The translations under genes were made by a program, and so were the position numbers. The notes beneath the pieces are model-generated. The model worked only from the letters and a program-made list of their open reading frames with translations. It did not search any database and was not told the origin of the DNA. A stretch of 34,323 bases of DNA from a virus (taxonomy: Duplodnaviria > Heunggongvirae > Uroviricota > Caudoviricetes): the IMG/VR virus record IMGVR_UViG_3300022747_000014, one strand, 5' to 3'. Shown piece after piece: positions 1-9,383 of the stretch. How positions within the stretch are numbered: position 1 is the stretch's first letter; each line of letters opens with the position of its first letter.

Positions 1-2
1 CG

Positions 3-497
3 GGCGAATGGACAGTAAAGTTATCTAGCCATGCGGTAGTTTCACTACCGGAACGTGGTCAAAAGACTGATATATATACTATTGTTGATTTTATTTGTAA
101 ACAAACTACTGGCCCAAAAAATATCCAAAAAGGTAAAGGTGCATGTTTTTATGATACAACTTCTAAAAATGCTTTGTGGATTAGTCGATCAAAGGCATAT
201 CCGTGGGAAATTACAGTAGAAACATTGTTTGGTCCTGAGATGAAATTGCCACAACCATTATTTTATGTAGATGTGCCCAATTCTATTAGACAAGACAATG
301 ACCCAATGGACCCGCATATTAATAAAATACTAGATCTCATTGGTAACCAAGTAAAAGATCGTGGCAGAGATGCGGTTAGTGCAGAGCTTGAAACTATTGG
401 AAAGTTCCTTAAATGGAGGGACGAACAAGTGGCGCAGCAGACCCGTCAGCAACGTAGGGCAGTTGAACGACGAGCAAAGAAGGCAGATAAAGAATAA
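3..497 (+). CDS. hypothetical protein, 5'-truncated by window edge
   Basis: The frame of ORF 174..497 is open back to position 3 (GEWTVKLSSH...); its stop overlaps the next ATG (TAATG). Confidence 0.7.
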   Translation, partial: GEWTVKLSSHAVVSLPERGQKTDIYTIVDFICKQTTGPKNIQKGKGACFYDTTSKNALWISRSKAYPWEITVETLFGPEMKLPQPLFYVDVPNSIRQDNDPMDPHINKILDLIGNQVKDRGRDAVSAELETIGKFLKWRDEQVAQQTRQQRRAVERRAKKADKE

Positions 498-1315
498 TGA
501 GAGCAAGTGAATTTATTACAGAAGCCCCGTTAACTGATTACGTTCCGCTTGGAAATTTTGACAGGCCCGGCCCGTTTAGAAGTAAAGTTGACAAGAAGCT
601 GGTTATGCACCCAACTGCTCAGTTAAAGGCTGCAAAGTTCTTTGAGCAAACACCATACGACTTTCGCTTGTTTTTCTCTAACATTCCGGGAACAGGAAAA
701 AGTGCAGAACTAGGTGCAGTTAATCATGAGCAAGTTCGTAACGTACTTGGAGATGCTGCTGAACAAGTTATTGCTGGTAGTGAAGATGCTATTACTGTAG
801 TATTCTTGGGTAACTATGGCGCACAAAAAGTAATGATAACGCCGTGGATTATGGCGCATCGAATTGGGCATGCTATCCAAGCGTCTAGTATGGAACAATG
901 GCGCACAGTTGAGCATCATTTTGTTAAAGCCATAAACCAAAAGCTAGCAAATGTGTATGGCAAACCGTCTCGGCGAGATGTGTTTGATAGCGACTTAGAT
1001 TACATGAGATCTGATTTATACAATGCATTGTTTAATGCTATCGGTACACAGCGCAGTAGCCGTGAAAATCAAATCAAACGTCCATACGAATTCATATACG
1101 AGATGTTTGCACAGTATATTCAAACTGGCACCGTTACCCTAAATCCATTCCCTGCACAGTTAGGTTACGGCAAATATACATTTGGCAATCAACTACAAAT
1201 GAAAGCCCGTGGTGAAGAAGATTTAAAGCAAGCTGCTGAAACATTGGGCTACGATATGCAACTATTGTTTGGTGATGTTTTGAGTATGTGCAATGGTCAA
1301 ATCTTCCTAATGTAA
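497..1315 (+). CDS. hypothetical protein, putative internal head protein (capsid-targeting-like N-terminus)
   Basis: 272-aa ORF translationally coupled to the upstream gene; N-terminus MRASEFITE resembles the T4 internal-protein targeting leader MKTYQEFIAE. Confidence 0.7.
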   Translation: MRASEFITEAPLTDYVPLGNFDRPGPFRSKVDKKLVMHPTAQLKAAKFFEQTPYDFRLFFSNIPGTGKSAELGAVNHEQVRNVLGDAAEQVIAGSEDAITVVFLGNYGAQKVMITPWIMAHRIGHAIQASSMEQWRTVEHHFVKAINQKLANVYGKPSRRDVFDSDLDYMRSDLYNALFNAIGTQRSSRENQIKRPYEFIYEMFAQYIQTGTVTLNPFPAQLGYGKYTFGNQLQMKARGEEDLKQAAETLGYDMQLLFGDVLSMCNGQIFLM

Positions 1316-1338
1316 TTGACTTTGCTAGTGCAATATGT

Positions 1339-1366
1339 AAAAATGCTCTTATATAGGGCATTTTTT
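1339..1366 (+). terminator. terminator-like hairpin abutting the dNMP kinase start
   Basis: 11-bp stem AAAAATGCTCT/AGGGCATTTTT, loop TATAT, U-tract running to 1366; ATG at 1367. Confidence 0.45.
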
Positions 1367-1978
1367 ATGATTATAGGTATTACAGGTTTAATAGGGTCAG
1401 GCAAAGATACAGCAGCAGACTACTTAGTTAACTTTCACGGATTTAAAAGAGAGTCTTTTGCAGCAACATTAAAGGATGCTGTAGCCAATGTATTTGGTTG
1501 GGACAGAGACATGCTAGAAGGTCGCACTGACCAAAGTAGACTATGGCGCGAAGAAACAGACCTATGGTGGACTCAACGTCTGGGCATGCACATTACTCCA
1601 AGATGGGTATTGCAAAACTGGGGCACAAACGTATTGAGGGCACATTTTCACGATGATATCTGGATTGCTAGCTTGGAAAACAAATTGCGTAACAGCAAAG
1701 ACAACATTGTTATTACCGACTGTCGCTTTCCTAACGAAATTACTGGGCTTAAAGCACAATCCGCTAAAATGGTATGGGTTCAACGTGGTGTTATTCCTCA
1801 TTGGTACAGCATTGCAGAATCTGCTAACCGAGGAGATGTTAAAGCACAGGAATGGTTAGCCAAAGAAAATATTCATGCGAGTGAATACAGTTGGGCAGGA
1901 ACTCAATTTGACACTATAATCGATAACAATGGAACTATTGACAACTTGTACCAACAGCTTAAAAGTCTGGTACAATAG
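1367..1978 (+). CDS. gp1: deoxynucleoside monophosphate kinase (T4 gp1-like)
   Basis: MIIGITGLIGSGKD P-loop, LKDAV, PRWVLQNWGT, DCRFPNE motifs; start moved from 1316 to ATG 1367. Confidence 0.92.
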   Translation: MIIGITGLIGSGKDTAADYLVNFHGFKRESFAATLKDAVANVFGWDRDMLEGRTDQSRLWREETDLWWTQRLGMHITPRWVLQNWGTNVLRAHFHDDIWIASLENKLRNSKDNIVITDCRFPNEITGLKAQSAKMVWVQRGVIPHWYSIAESANRGDVKAQEWLAKENIHASEYSWAGTQFDTIIDNNGTIDNLYQQLKSLVQ

Positions 1979-2309
1979 TTCCGGGCTTCCAACTCAATTT
2001 GCTTTTATAAATTTCTTGTTGGCAGTTTAAACAAATGGTTTTTAAGTTGGCCCAATTGTTGTTTTTCAGATTACCGTCAACGTAGAACACATTACTCTGT
2101 TCTAAAAATTTAAATTTAAAACCACATTTCTCGCATTGTGGTTTTTTCTTATATCCAGACCTGGCCCATGCTGGCGGCTCGGGTTTTAATTTCTTTCCTT
2201 TACGGATACAACTAGTGCAGCTATTGCGATAGTGTGTCACATCTTCTTTAACATAGTTAACTGCCACTGGATTAACGTGACATATAGGGCATAATTGGCG
2301 TTCTAGCAT
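1959..2309 (-). CDS. Zn-finger protein with degenerate HNH-like C-terminus
   Basis: Four CxxC pairs; FYVDGN...NLKTICLNCQQ aligns to the HNH motif but lacks the His residues; TAAATA 5 nt upstream of ATG. Confidence 0.75.
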   Translation of the reverse strand: MLERQLCPICHVNPVAVNYVKEDVTHYRNSCTSCIRKGKKLKPEPPAWARSGYKKKPQCEKCGFKFKFLEQSNVFYVDGNLKNNNWANLKTICLNCQQEIYKSKLSWKPGTIVPDF

Positions 2310-2314
2310 ACAGC

Positions 2315-2320
2315 TATTTA
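2315..2320 (-). promoter_or_regulatory. T4-type late promoter core TAAATA (leaderless)
   Basis: TAAATA-GCTGT-ATG on the minus strand. Confidence 0.6.
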
Positions 2321-2373
2321 CCGCTAAACCTTTGCCAAGGCACCTGTAGCAGCGCCTTTTTTCCTTTTTAAAC

Positions 2374-2379
2374 TAAATA
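2374..2379 (+). promoter_or_regulatory. T4-type late promoter core TAAATA
   Basis: TAAATA upstream of the sheath gene; AAGGAA SD precedes ATG 2411. Confidence 0.6.
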
Positions 2380-2410
2380 TTCATAACATGTATTATAAAG
2401 GAATGTAACC

Positions 2411-5400
2411 ATGGCACTAGTTTCACCAGGAATTCAAATTTCCGTTAATGATCAGAGTCAATACGTTAACTCAAACGTAGGCTCTGTACCATTGGTACTA
2501 TTAGCAACTGCTCAAGACAAGACGTACAACAACGCAGCAGCAACTGGTACTACCAAAGCCAACGCAGGTAAGTTATTATCATTTACAAGTCAGCGTGACT
2601 TAGTAACAGTTTTAGGAACACCTTCGTTCCAAGTAAGTGCAGCAGGCACACCAATTAACGGCGACGAACGTAACGAATATGGTTTGCTAACAGCATACAG
2701 CGCATTAGGTTTGGGCAACCAACTTTATGCTATCCGTGCAGACATTGATCTAGCACAATTAAAAGGCACATCAACTCGACCAGTTGGTAATGTAGTAGAC
2801 GGTACATTGTGGTTGGATATTGCCAACACAGAATTTGGTATCTACTCATTGAATGCAACAACTAGTTCTTTTGAGCATGTTACACCGACATTCATCACTG
2901 ACATTAACAAAGCAGAAGTTGATACAGAGTTTACATTAGACGTAGTACATAAACCTTTAAATTCTGTTGGTAAGCCTGGTGATTATGCATTGGTTGCAAT
3001 AAACGATGTATTAACTCCGTTGAACCAAATTCACTTGTACTTTAAAGCCAGCGCAACCAGTGTTGGCAACATTGCTAATACATGGGTACAAGTTGGTAGC
3101 CCAGCATGGCAAAATTCTATCGTATCTGGTAAAGGCAGCATTGCTCCAAACGTTAATGGAGCACCTGCTCTAACAGTTACGGGTGGCTCGGCTGAATTGG
3201 GTATTAACGGTCAAACGGTTACATTCACAGTCGGCGGCGGCATTGGCAGCGATGCTTCTGCAGGTAGCTTAGTTGCACAAATTAATGCAGCAAACATTCC
3301 CGGTGTTACAGCAGCAAACATTGAAGGCAAGTTAAACTTCTTTGTTACCAGCGCAGCAAAGAGCAATGGCACAGTAGTCGACGGCAAGTTGTTGTTGACC
3401 GAAACTGATGCAACTAACACTCCGTTGGCGTTATCTGGATTTACATTGTCTGGTTCTGAAGTATCATTCTTCTGCCCAACATTGTTCTACGGTAACTATG
3501 CACAAGTTCCGACTGATAAGAACGGTAACATCATGGGCTGGTTTAGCTCAGATCTTCAACCACGTCCAACAGGCAGCATTTGGTGGAAGACAACTTCCAC
3601 AGGTGGCGGCTATAGCCCTGTATTGAAATCATACAGCGCATCGTTGGATACATGGAAGGCAATTAATGCACCAATGTTCCGTTACTACAACGAAGCAATC
3701 TTTGGATTAGACTTTGTAGGCGGTGGACAAAACATCGCACACGGTCAAGTAATTACTACATTTAGCCCACCTGATGGATCTTATAACGCATTAGCATATG
3801 CACGTCAAATTGATCCTGTACACGGCAACACCTATGCAACTGCCACAGGCGATTTGCTAAGTAACAGCCAAACTATTACTGGTGTTATCCGTATGTTAAC
3901 AACAGTTCCGAACAGTGCGGTAACCAAGACAACAACATTGTCATTCTCGGGTGCAACTCCTCAAGAGTTTGTTGATGCAATTTTGTTGGCAGACATTCCA
4001 TATGTTACAGCAGAGTTCTCAAACAACAAGATTAGTTTGATCCACTTAACTGGCGGTCAAATCGGTATCTTCTTAGATGCAACTAACCCAATTGGTGCAA
4101 CTCCGACATTTGATGCAGGATTTGTACAAGACTTATCTAGTCCAAAGCCATACCAACGTGATAATTACACTGTTGGCTCGAACGGTTCTGTTAGCATTGG
4201 TAACTTCTACCGTATTACAGACTTGATTAGTTATCAAACTGGCACACCATACAGCAACCCAGCTGATGGTACATTGTGGTATTACAGCAACCCAGCTGAT
4301 GTTGATATTATGGTCAACGATGGCGGGTGGAAAGGATACAAGCGCACAGCTAGTGATGTTCGTGGTTACAATCTACAACAAACTGATCCAAATGGTGTTA
4401 TTGTAAGTGCTAGCAAGCCAACATCACAAAGTACTGGTTCTATCTTAAAGGCTGGTGACTTGTGGTTGGATACAAGCGATTTGGTTAACTATCCAAAACT
4501 TAGCCGTTACACTGGTAGCGCATGGGTAGCAATTGACAATACAGATCATGTTACATCAAACGGTATCATCTTTGCTGATGCACGTTGGGATGGTTATGCA
4601 GATGACACAGGTGGCACCGCTGACCCAATCACAGATGCATTGCCGGTAATTTCCGATGGCGCAGCAGAAGGTCTATTATTCAGCAACTACATTGACTTAG
4701 ACGCACCTGACTATCGTTTATATCCACGTGGTACATTGTTGTTTAACACACGCCGTAGTGGTTATAACATCAAGAAGTTTGTAAGCAATAAGTTTAACGC
4801 AACTTCATATCCAAATGAAACTTTACCATCTGCTACAGATGCGTGGGTAAGCGAAAGCGGCTTGGATGAAAACGGTGCATTGAAAGCAGGTACAAAGGCT
4901 CAACGTTCAGTTGTTGTTGCAGCTTTGAAAGCAGCAGTTGACAGCAACATTGATGTTCGTGAAGAAACATATCGTTTCAACTTGTTATGTGCACCTGGTT
5001 ATCCAGAGTTGATCCCTAACTTAGTTGCACTAAACGATAACCGTGCAGATACAGGTTTTGTTATCGGTGACACTCCAATGACATTGCAACCAACTGCTAC
5101 AGCATTGAACGCATGGAACACTAACGCAAACGGTGACGGCTTGGCAACTGCTAGCCCATACTTAGGTGTATACTACCCAGCTGGTTTAACTAATGACTTG
5201 TCTGGTAATAGTGTTGCAGTTCCTGCAAGTCACGCAGTATTACGTACATTCTTGTACAACGATAACGTTTCTTATCCATGGTTTGCACCAGCTGGTGTAC
5301 ACCGCGGACTGGTAAACAACCTAAGCGACATTGGTTATGTTGATGCATCTTCTGGTAAGTTTGTACACAACGGTATTAACCAAGGTCTACGTGATTCATT

Positions 5401-5827
5401 GTACTCAATGTCTATTAACCCAATCACACAATTGCCTGGTACAGGTCTAGTTGTATGGGGTCAAGAAACTCGCAGTGGTAGCAGCACATCAAGAAACAGA
5501 GTTAACGTTGTTCGTTTAGAAAACTACTTACGTACTATCTTTAAGAGCATCGCTAACGGATTCTTGTTTGAACCAAACGATGCTATTACTAGAAAGACTA
5601 TCGCAAGCCAAGTTGAAAGTGCATTACACGATGTTCTAAGCAAGCGTGGTGTATATGACTTCTTAGTAATTTGTGATACAAACAACAACACACCTAGCAC
5701 AATCGCAAACAACCAACTTTATGTTGACGTTGCAATTGAACCAATGAAGGATGTTGAGTTTATTTACATTCCAATTGCCTTGTACAATCCAGGCACAATT
5801 GCTAACTTAGGCGCAACATCGACCTAA
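2411..5827 (+). CDS. gp18: tail sheath protein (gp18-like), enlarged by insertion domains
   Basis: N-term MALVSPGIQI; C-term LLCAPGYPEL, PWFAPAG..RG, INPI, RVNVVRL, NQLYVDVAIEP..EFIYIP sheath motifs. Confidence 0.95.
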   Translation: MALVSPGIQISVNDQSQYVNSNVGSVPLVLLATAQDKTYNNAAATGTTKANAGKLLSFTSQRDLVTVLGTPSFQVSAAGTPINGDERNEYGLLTAYSALGLGNQLYAIRADIDLAQLKGTSTRPVGNVVDGTLWLDIANTEFGIYSLNATTSSFEHVTPTFITDINKAEVDTEFTLDVVHKPLNSVGKPGDYALVAINDVLTPLNQIHLYFKASATSVGNIANTWVQVGSPAWQNSIVSGKGSIAPNVNGAPALTVTGGSAELGINGQTVTFTVGGGIGSDASAGSLVAQINAANIPGVTAANIEGKLNFFVTSAAKSNGTVVDGKLLLTETDATNTPLALSGFTLSGSEVSFFCPTLFYGNYAQVPTDKNGNIMGWFSSDLQPRPTGSIWWKTTSTGGGYSPVLKSYSASLDTWKAINAPMFRYYNEAIFGLDFVGGGQNIAHGQVITTFSPPDGSYNALAYARQIDPVHGNTYATATGDLLSNSQTITGVIRMLTTVPNSAVTKTTTLSFSGATPQEFVDAILLADIPYVTAEFSNNKISLIHLTGGQIGIFLDATNPIGATPTFDAGFVQDLSSPKPYQRDNYTVGSNGSVSIGNFYRITDLISYQTGTPYSNPADGTLWYYSNPADVDIMVNDGGWKGYKRTASDVRGYNLQQTDPNGVIVSASKPTSQSTGSILKAGDLWLDTSDLVNYPKLSRYTGSAWVAIDNTDHVTSNGIIFADARWDGYADDTGGTADPITDALPVISDGAAEGLLFSNYIDLDAPDYRLYPRGTLLFNTRRSGYNIKKFVSNKFNATSYPNETLPSATDAWVSESGLDENGALKAGTKAQRSVVVAALKAAVDSNIDVREETYRFNLLCAPGYPELIPNLVALNDNRADTGFVIGDTPMTLQPTATALNAWNTNANGDGLATASPYLGVYYPAGLTNDLSGNSVAVPASHAVLRTFLYNDNVSYPWFAPAGVHRGLVNNLSDIGYVDASSGKFVHNGINQGLRDSLYSMSINPITQLPGTGLVVWGQETRSGSSTSRNRVNVVRLENYLRTIFKSIANGFLFEPNDAITRKTIASQVESALHDVLSKRGVYDFLVICDTNNNTPSTIANNQLYVDVAIEPMKDVEFIYIPIALYNPGTIANLGATST

Positions 5828-5836
5828 GATTTTGGA

Positions 5837-5842
5837 TAAATA
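5837..5842 (+). promoter_or_regulatory. late promoter core TAAATA
   Basis: GATAAATA followed by AGGAG SD and tube ATG at 5862. Confidence 0.65.
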
Positions 5843-5861
5843 AGGATAACAGGAGAATAAT

Positions 5862-6476
5862 ATGGCAGTAGCAAGTTTAAGCAAATTTACAGTACCGCTA
5901 GCAAATAGTCAGAGCGCAGACAGCCAAGGTTTGCTAATGCCAAAATTAAAATATCGCTTCCGGGCGACATTTGTGAATTTTGGCGTTACAAACAGCACAA
6001 CCGAATTGACTAAGCAAGTGGTAGACATCAAGCGTCCACAGGTTAACTTTAACCCTATTACAATTGATGTATACAACAGCAAGGTTTATCTACAAGGTAA
6101 GCCTGAGTGGCAAGAAACCACAATCAATCTACGTGACGACAGCACTGGTGCTGTAAGTCGTTTAGTTGGTGAACAAATCCAGAAGCAATTCGACTTCCTA
6201 GAGCAAGCAAGTGCAGTGTCTGGTATCAACTACAAGTTCCAACTTGTATATGATATCTTGGATGGCGGTAATGGCAACACTACTCCAAACATTCTCGAAT
6301 CCTGGGAACTAGACGGCTGCTTCTTAAGTTCAGTTGATTATGGCGAAATGGCATACAACAGCAATGACCCTGTACAAATTGCATTGACAATTAAGTTTGA
6401 CAACGCAGTTCAAACAGCAGGTATTTCTACAACTAGAACAGTAGTTAGCACAACCCCAGGCGGTTCAGTTAACTAA
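5862..6476 (+). CDS. gp19: tail tube protein (gp19-like)
   Basis: Directly follows the sheath; PKLKYRFR..F, W.LDGCFLSSVDYG...IALTIKFDNA tube-fold pattern; strong SD. Confidence 0.88.
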   Translation: MAVASLSKFTVPLANSQSADSQGLLMPKLKYRFRATFVNFGVTNSTTELTKQVVDIKRPQVNFNPITIDVYNSKVYLQGKPEWQETTINLRDDSTGAVSRLVGEQIQKQFDFLEQASAVSGINYKFQLVYDILDGGNGNTTPNILESWELDGCFLSSVDYGEMAYNSNDPVQIALTIKFDNAVQTAGISTTRTVVSTTPGGSVN

Positions 6477-6495
6477 TAGTCGATGAGATAATACT

Positions 6496-6521
6496 AAACC
6501 CGGTTTTGACCGGGTTTTTTA
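6496..6521 (+). terminator. intrinsic terminator after tail tube
   Basis: AAACCCGGT-TTTG-ACCGGGTTT followed by a U-tract. Confidence 0.85.
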
Positions 6522-6526
6522 TTGGA

Positions 6527-6532
6527 TAAATA
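6527..6532 (+). promoter_or_regulatory. late promoter core TAAATA (leaderless)
   Basis: TAAATA-TTAGT-ATG(6538), no SD between them. Confidence 0.65.
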
Positions 6533-6537
6533 TTAGT

Positions 6538-8016
6538 ATGAGCTCAAATCGTATTTTATCACCGTCGACCCACCCAGCCGGTCCTGCAAGTCGTGCCCCA
6601 TTGGTCGGTGGCAATCAAACGATTGTGCTGAGTGACTATCGTCATGCTGCAAGAATTTTTACAGATGACAACTTTCGTTTAAGTCCAAAATACGGATTTT
6701 TATTCTATGTTGAATTTGACTTCAATCCATTAATCACCAACATCAGTAATCTAGCAGCACAAGAGTTAGGTATGATTGTAAAAAGCGTTGGACTCCCAAA
6801 GTACACAGTTGATACCAAAGTTCACAATGCTTACAACAGAGTAAACATTGTTCAAAACAAAATTAAATACGATCCAGTAAACATTGTATTCCATGACGAC
6901 CAAGCAGACAACGTTCGCAATTTTTGGTATGACTACTACAGCTACTTTTTCAGAGATCCGGACTATGCAGATGCAACGTATAATGCACCGCACAAATATC
7001 AAAGCCGTCCGAGTTTTGATTGGGGTTACAGCCCACGCCCTGCGGTAGGATACAATACGTCATTGGCTAATCAGCCTTATCAATATATCCAAGCTATTCG
7101 CATATACAGTTTGTATCAAAAGAGTTTTAGCGAATACGAATTAATTAACCCGACTATTACTAGCTTTAAGCATGGAGACCATGTTAATGGCGAGAACAAT
7201 TTATTAACACACGAAATGTCCGTGCAATTTGAAACGGTCAAATATCATACTGGATTTGTAACTGACAATAACGTAGGCGGGTTCATTGATCTGCATTATG
7301 ATCGTGTTACTAGCCCACTGTTGGCAGATCCAGACATGGCAAAAATAATCACCACCGGAGAAGGTGGCATTGCATTTGCGCCTGATACAATTGATGACTT
7401 GGCAAACTTTAGCACATCAGTTAATCCATACCTAAGATCGGATCAGGCACTTGCACAGACCAGTATGATTGGTGCTGGATCATACGGACTTGATTTTAGA
7501 TCAACTACATTATTAGCAGCAGGAACAGTAACTACCAATGGCGGTTTTAGTATTCCTAGCTTTGGTAGTTTAGCACAAGGTGCAACAAACAGCGCATCAA
7601 TTGGGCAACAATTACAGGCAGCGGGTGTTGGATTAGCAAACCGTTCTACTACTACTTTAGTTAACGGTGTTATAGGTGGTGTTGCTAAGGGTCTTGGTAG
7701 TAACGGAAGAAGCATTGTTGGATTAGCAGCACAGGCTATTGCTAACCCAAGTGCCGCATTGGCCACAGTTAAGAATATGGCTACACAGTATGCTATGGCA
7801 TATGTTAACAAGACCGTTAACAGTGCAGTTACCGCAGTATCTAATAAGGTATCTGATGCGGTGGCTGGGTTTGTAAAAGACAAAATTGCAACACCTGCTA
7901 GTGAAGCGTTTAACAGCTTTGCAGCAAGTAGTTTCTCTGCAGACTTTAACTTCTCACTTGGTATTGGTCAATACAGCGTGGGATCAGAAGCGTGGCAAGC
8001 GGCCCAGGAATGGTAA
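6538..8016 (+). CDS. tube-fold baseplate/tail-tube junction protein (gp48/gp54-like) with Ala/Gly-rich C-terminus
   Basis: LSPKYGFLFYVEF, KSVGLPKY..IKYDPVNIVFHDD, L.NP.ITSF..HEMSVQFE resemble tube-family strands; position next to the tube gene. Confidence 0.6.
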   Translation: MSSNRILSPSTHPAGPASRAPLVGGNQTIVLSDYRHAARIFTDDNFRLSPKYGFLFYVEFDFNPLITNISNLAAQELGMIVKSVGLPKYTVDTKVHNAYNRVNIVQNKIKYDPVNIVFHDDQADNVRNFWYDYYSYFFRDPDYADATYNAPHKYQSRPSFDWGYSPRPAVGYNTSLANQPYQYIQAIRIYSLYQKSFSEYELINPTITSFKHGDHVNGENNLLTHEMSVQFETVKYHTGFVTDNNVGGFIDLHYDRVTSPLLADPDMAKIITTGEGGIAFAPDTIDDLANFSTSVNPYLRSDQALAQTSMIGAGSYGLDFRSTTLLAAGTVTTNGGFSIPSFGSLAQGATNSASIGQQLQAAGVGLANRSTTTLVNGVIGGVAKGLGSNGRSIVGLAAQAIANPSAALATVKNMATQYAMAYVNKTVNSAVTAVSNKVSDAVAGFVKDKIATPASEAFNSFAASSFSADFNFSLGIGQYSVGSEAWQAAQEW

Positions 8017-8019
8017 TCA

Positions 8020-8415
8020 ATGGCAAATAATCAAATAACCACAGCAACAAACACAACTGGCCCAGACCTATCAGCTGAGTCAGCATCAACTGATGCACGT
8101 AAATATTTCAACAATTTCTACACTGAAAAATTTGATATATCTGCAGGTGCCAATGATGCTATTGTTGCATTCTTTGAACAGTATGCAGACAACCCTGCTA
8201 CTGCAAAAAATTTAAGTGCAGCAGTTATCTACACAGCATTGGCGCAAAACTTAAATCCAATTGCTGTGCTCAATGAGTTTCAACAATTACCAAAAGGGCA
8301 GTTGAATAACTATTTAATGGCCTTCTTAAACATTAATAGAGCTCCTACTAGTGTATTGGGCATCAAAGATAAGTCTAAGACGAGCCCTTATGTATCTCGA
8401 ACAATTCTATTATGA
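8020..8415 (+). CDS. hypothetical protein (tail/baseplate module)
   Basis: 131-aa ORF tightly packed between structural genes; its stop overlaps the next start. Confidence 0.7.
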   Translation: MANNQITTATNTTGPDLSAESASTDARKYFNNFYTEKFDISAGANDAIVAFFEQYADNPATAKNLSAAVIYTALAQNLNPIAVLNEFQQLPKGQLNNYLMAFLNINRAPTSVLGIKDKSKTSPYVSRTILL

Positions 8416-8849
8416 GTAAGTTTGCACAAGGAAAATATCAAATAAAGAATCCCGAAAAGTATGTGGGTAATAAATCTCCTACGTATAGATCCGGGTGGGA
8501 ACACACATTTATGACCATGTGTGATAATAACCCTTCTATAACACAATGGGCAAGTGAAGCGATTCACATCAACTATCGTAATCCCTTTACCAACAAGATG
8601 ACAATTTACGTACCAGATTTTTTAATGGTATACGTAGATGCCAATGGCAAACAACATGCAGAAGTCATTGAAGTAAAGCCCAAAAAAGAAACTAGTTTAC
8701 AGGAAGCAGGCCGCAGCGCAAAAGCACAGGCCGCCGCAATTCTAAACATGGCTAAATGGGAAGCTGCTAGGGCCTGGTGTAAAGCACACAATCTAAAGTT
8801 TAGAATTGTCACCGAAGATGATATTTTCCATCAGGGTCGTGCCAAATAA
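8412..8849 (+). CDS. gp4: head completion nuclease (T4 gp4-like, TnsA-like PD-(D/E)XK)
   Basis: NPEKYVG..PTYRSGWE, W.SE...I.Y, YVPDF, EVKP, KWEAA..W motifs. Confidence 0.9.
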   Translation: MSKFAQGKYQIKNPEKYVGNKSPTYRSGWEHTFMTMCDNNPSITQWASEAIHINYRNPFTNKMTIYVPDFLMVYVDANGKQHAEVIEVKPKKETSLQEAGRSAKAQAAAILNMAKWEAARAWCKAHNLKFRIVTEDDIFHQGRAK

Positions 8850-8852
8850 ATA
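8847..8852 (+). promoter_or_regulatory. late promoter core TAAATA (leaderless)
   Basis: TAAATA-TTGGT-ATG(8858); overlaps the gp4 stop codon. Confidence 0.65.
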
Positions 8853-8857
8853 TTGGT

Positions 8858-9349
8858 ATGACTAAAAAACTAGAAGAACTATTTAACTTGCCCAGTGCAG
8901 ATGCCACTGTTGAAGAAACAACGGCTGCAATTGAAGAGAACCGTACTATAATCGCTGATGTTGATGCTGCGATTGACAAAATTGATGCTGCATTGCCTGG
9001 TGTTAAAAGTCTAGATGCAGGGGACGACGAGCTAGATGAATTAGCCAAGCTAGCCAAAGACAAGTTTGAAGATCTAATGGATTTGGGTATGAACGTCGAC
9101 CCACGCTTTGGAGGCGTAATTTTCCAAACAGCAGGTACCTTACTAGGGCATGCAATATCGGCCAAAACAGCTAAAATGGATAAAAAGTTACGTACTATTA
9201 CCCTACAGCTACAAAAAGCCAGACTGGATCACCAAATTAAAAAAGATCAAGCGGGTGCTGGGCAAACCGAAGAGCCAATCGACGGCCAAGGTATTGTGTT
9301 GGACCGTAACGAATTATTAAAACAGATACTGAGCAAGAAAGACAATTGA
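8858..9349 (+). CDS. probable terminase small subunit (gp16-like)
   Basis: Helical 163-aa protein; DLMDLGMNVDPRF..IF..A..LL..AI..K pattern recalls the gp16 central helices; late promoter; packaging-module context. Confidence 0.5.
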   Translation: MTKKLEELFNLPSADATVEETTAAIEENRTIIADVDAAIDKIDAALPGVKSLDAGDDELDELAKLAKDKFEDLMDLGMNVDPRFGGVIFQTAGTLLGHAISAKTAKMDKKLRTITLQLQKARLDHQIKKDQAGAGQTEEPIDGQGIVLDRNELLKQILSKKDN

Positions 9350-9383
9350 TTGTTTCTTGCTAAATATAAGATATAGGATTATA

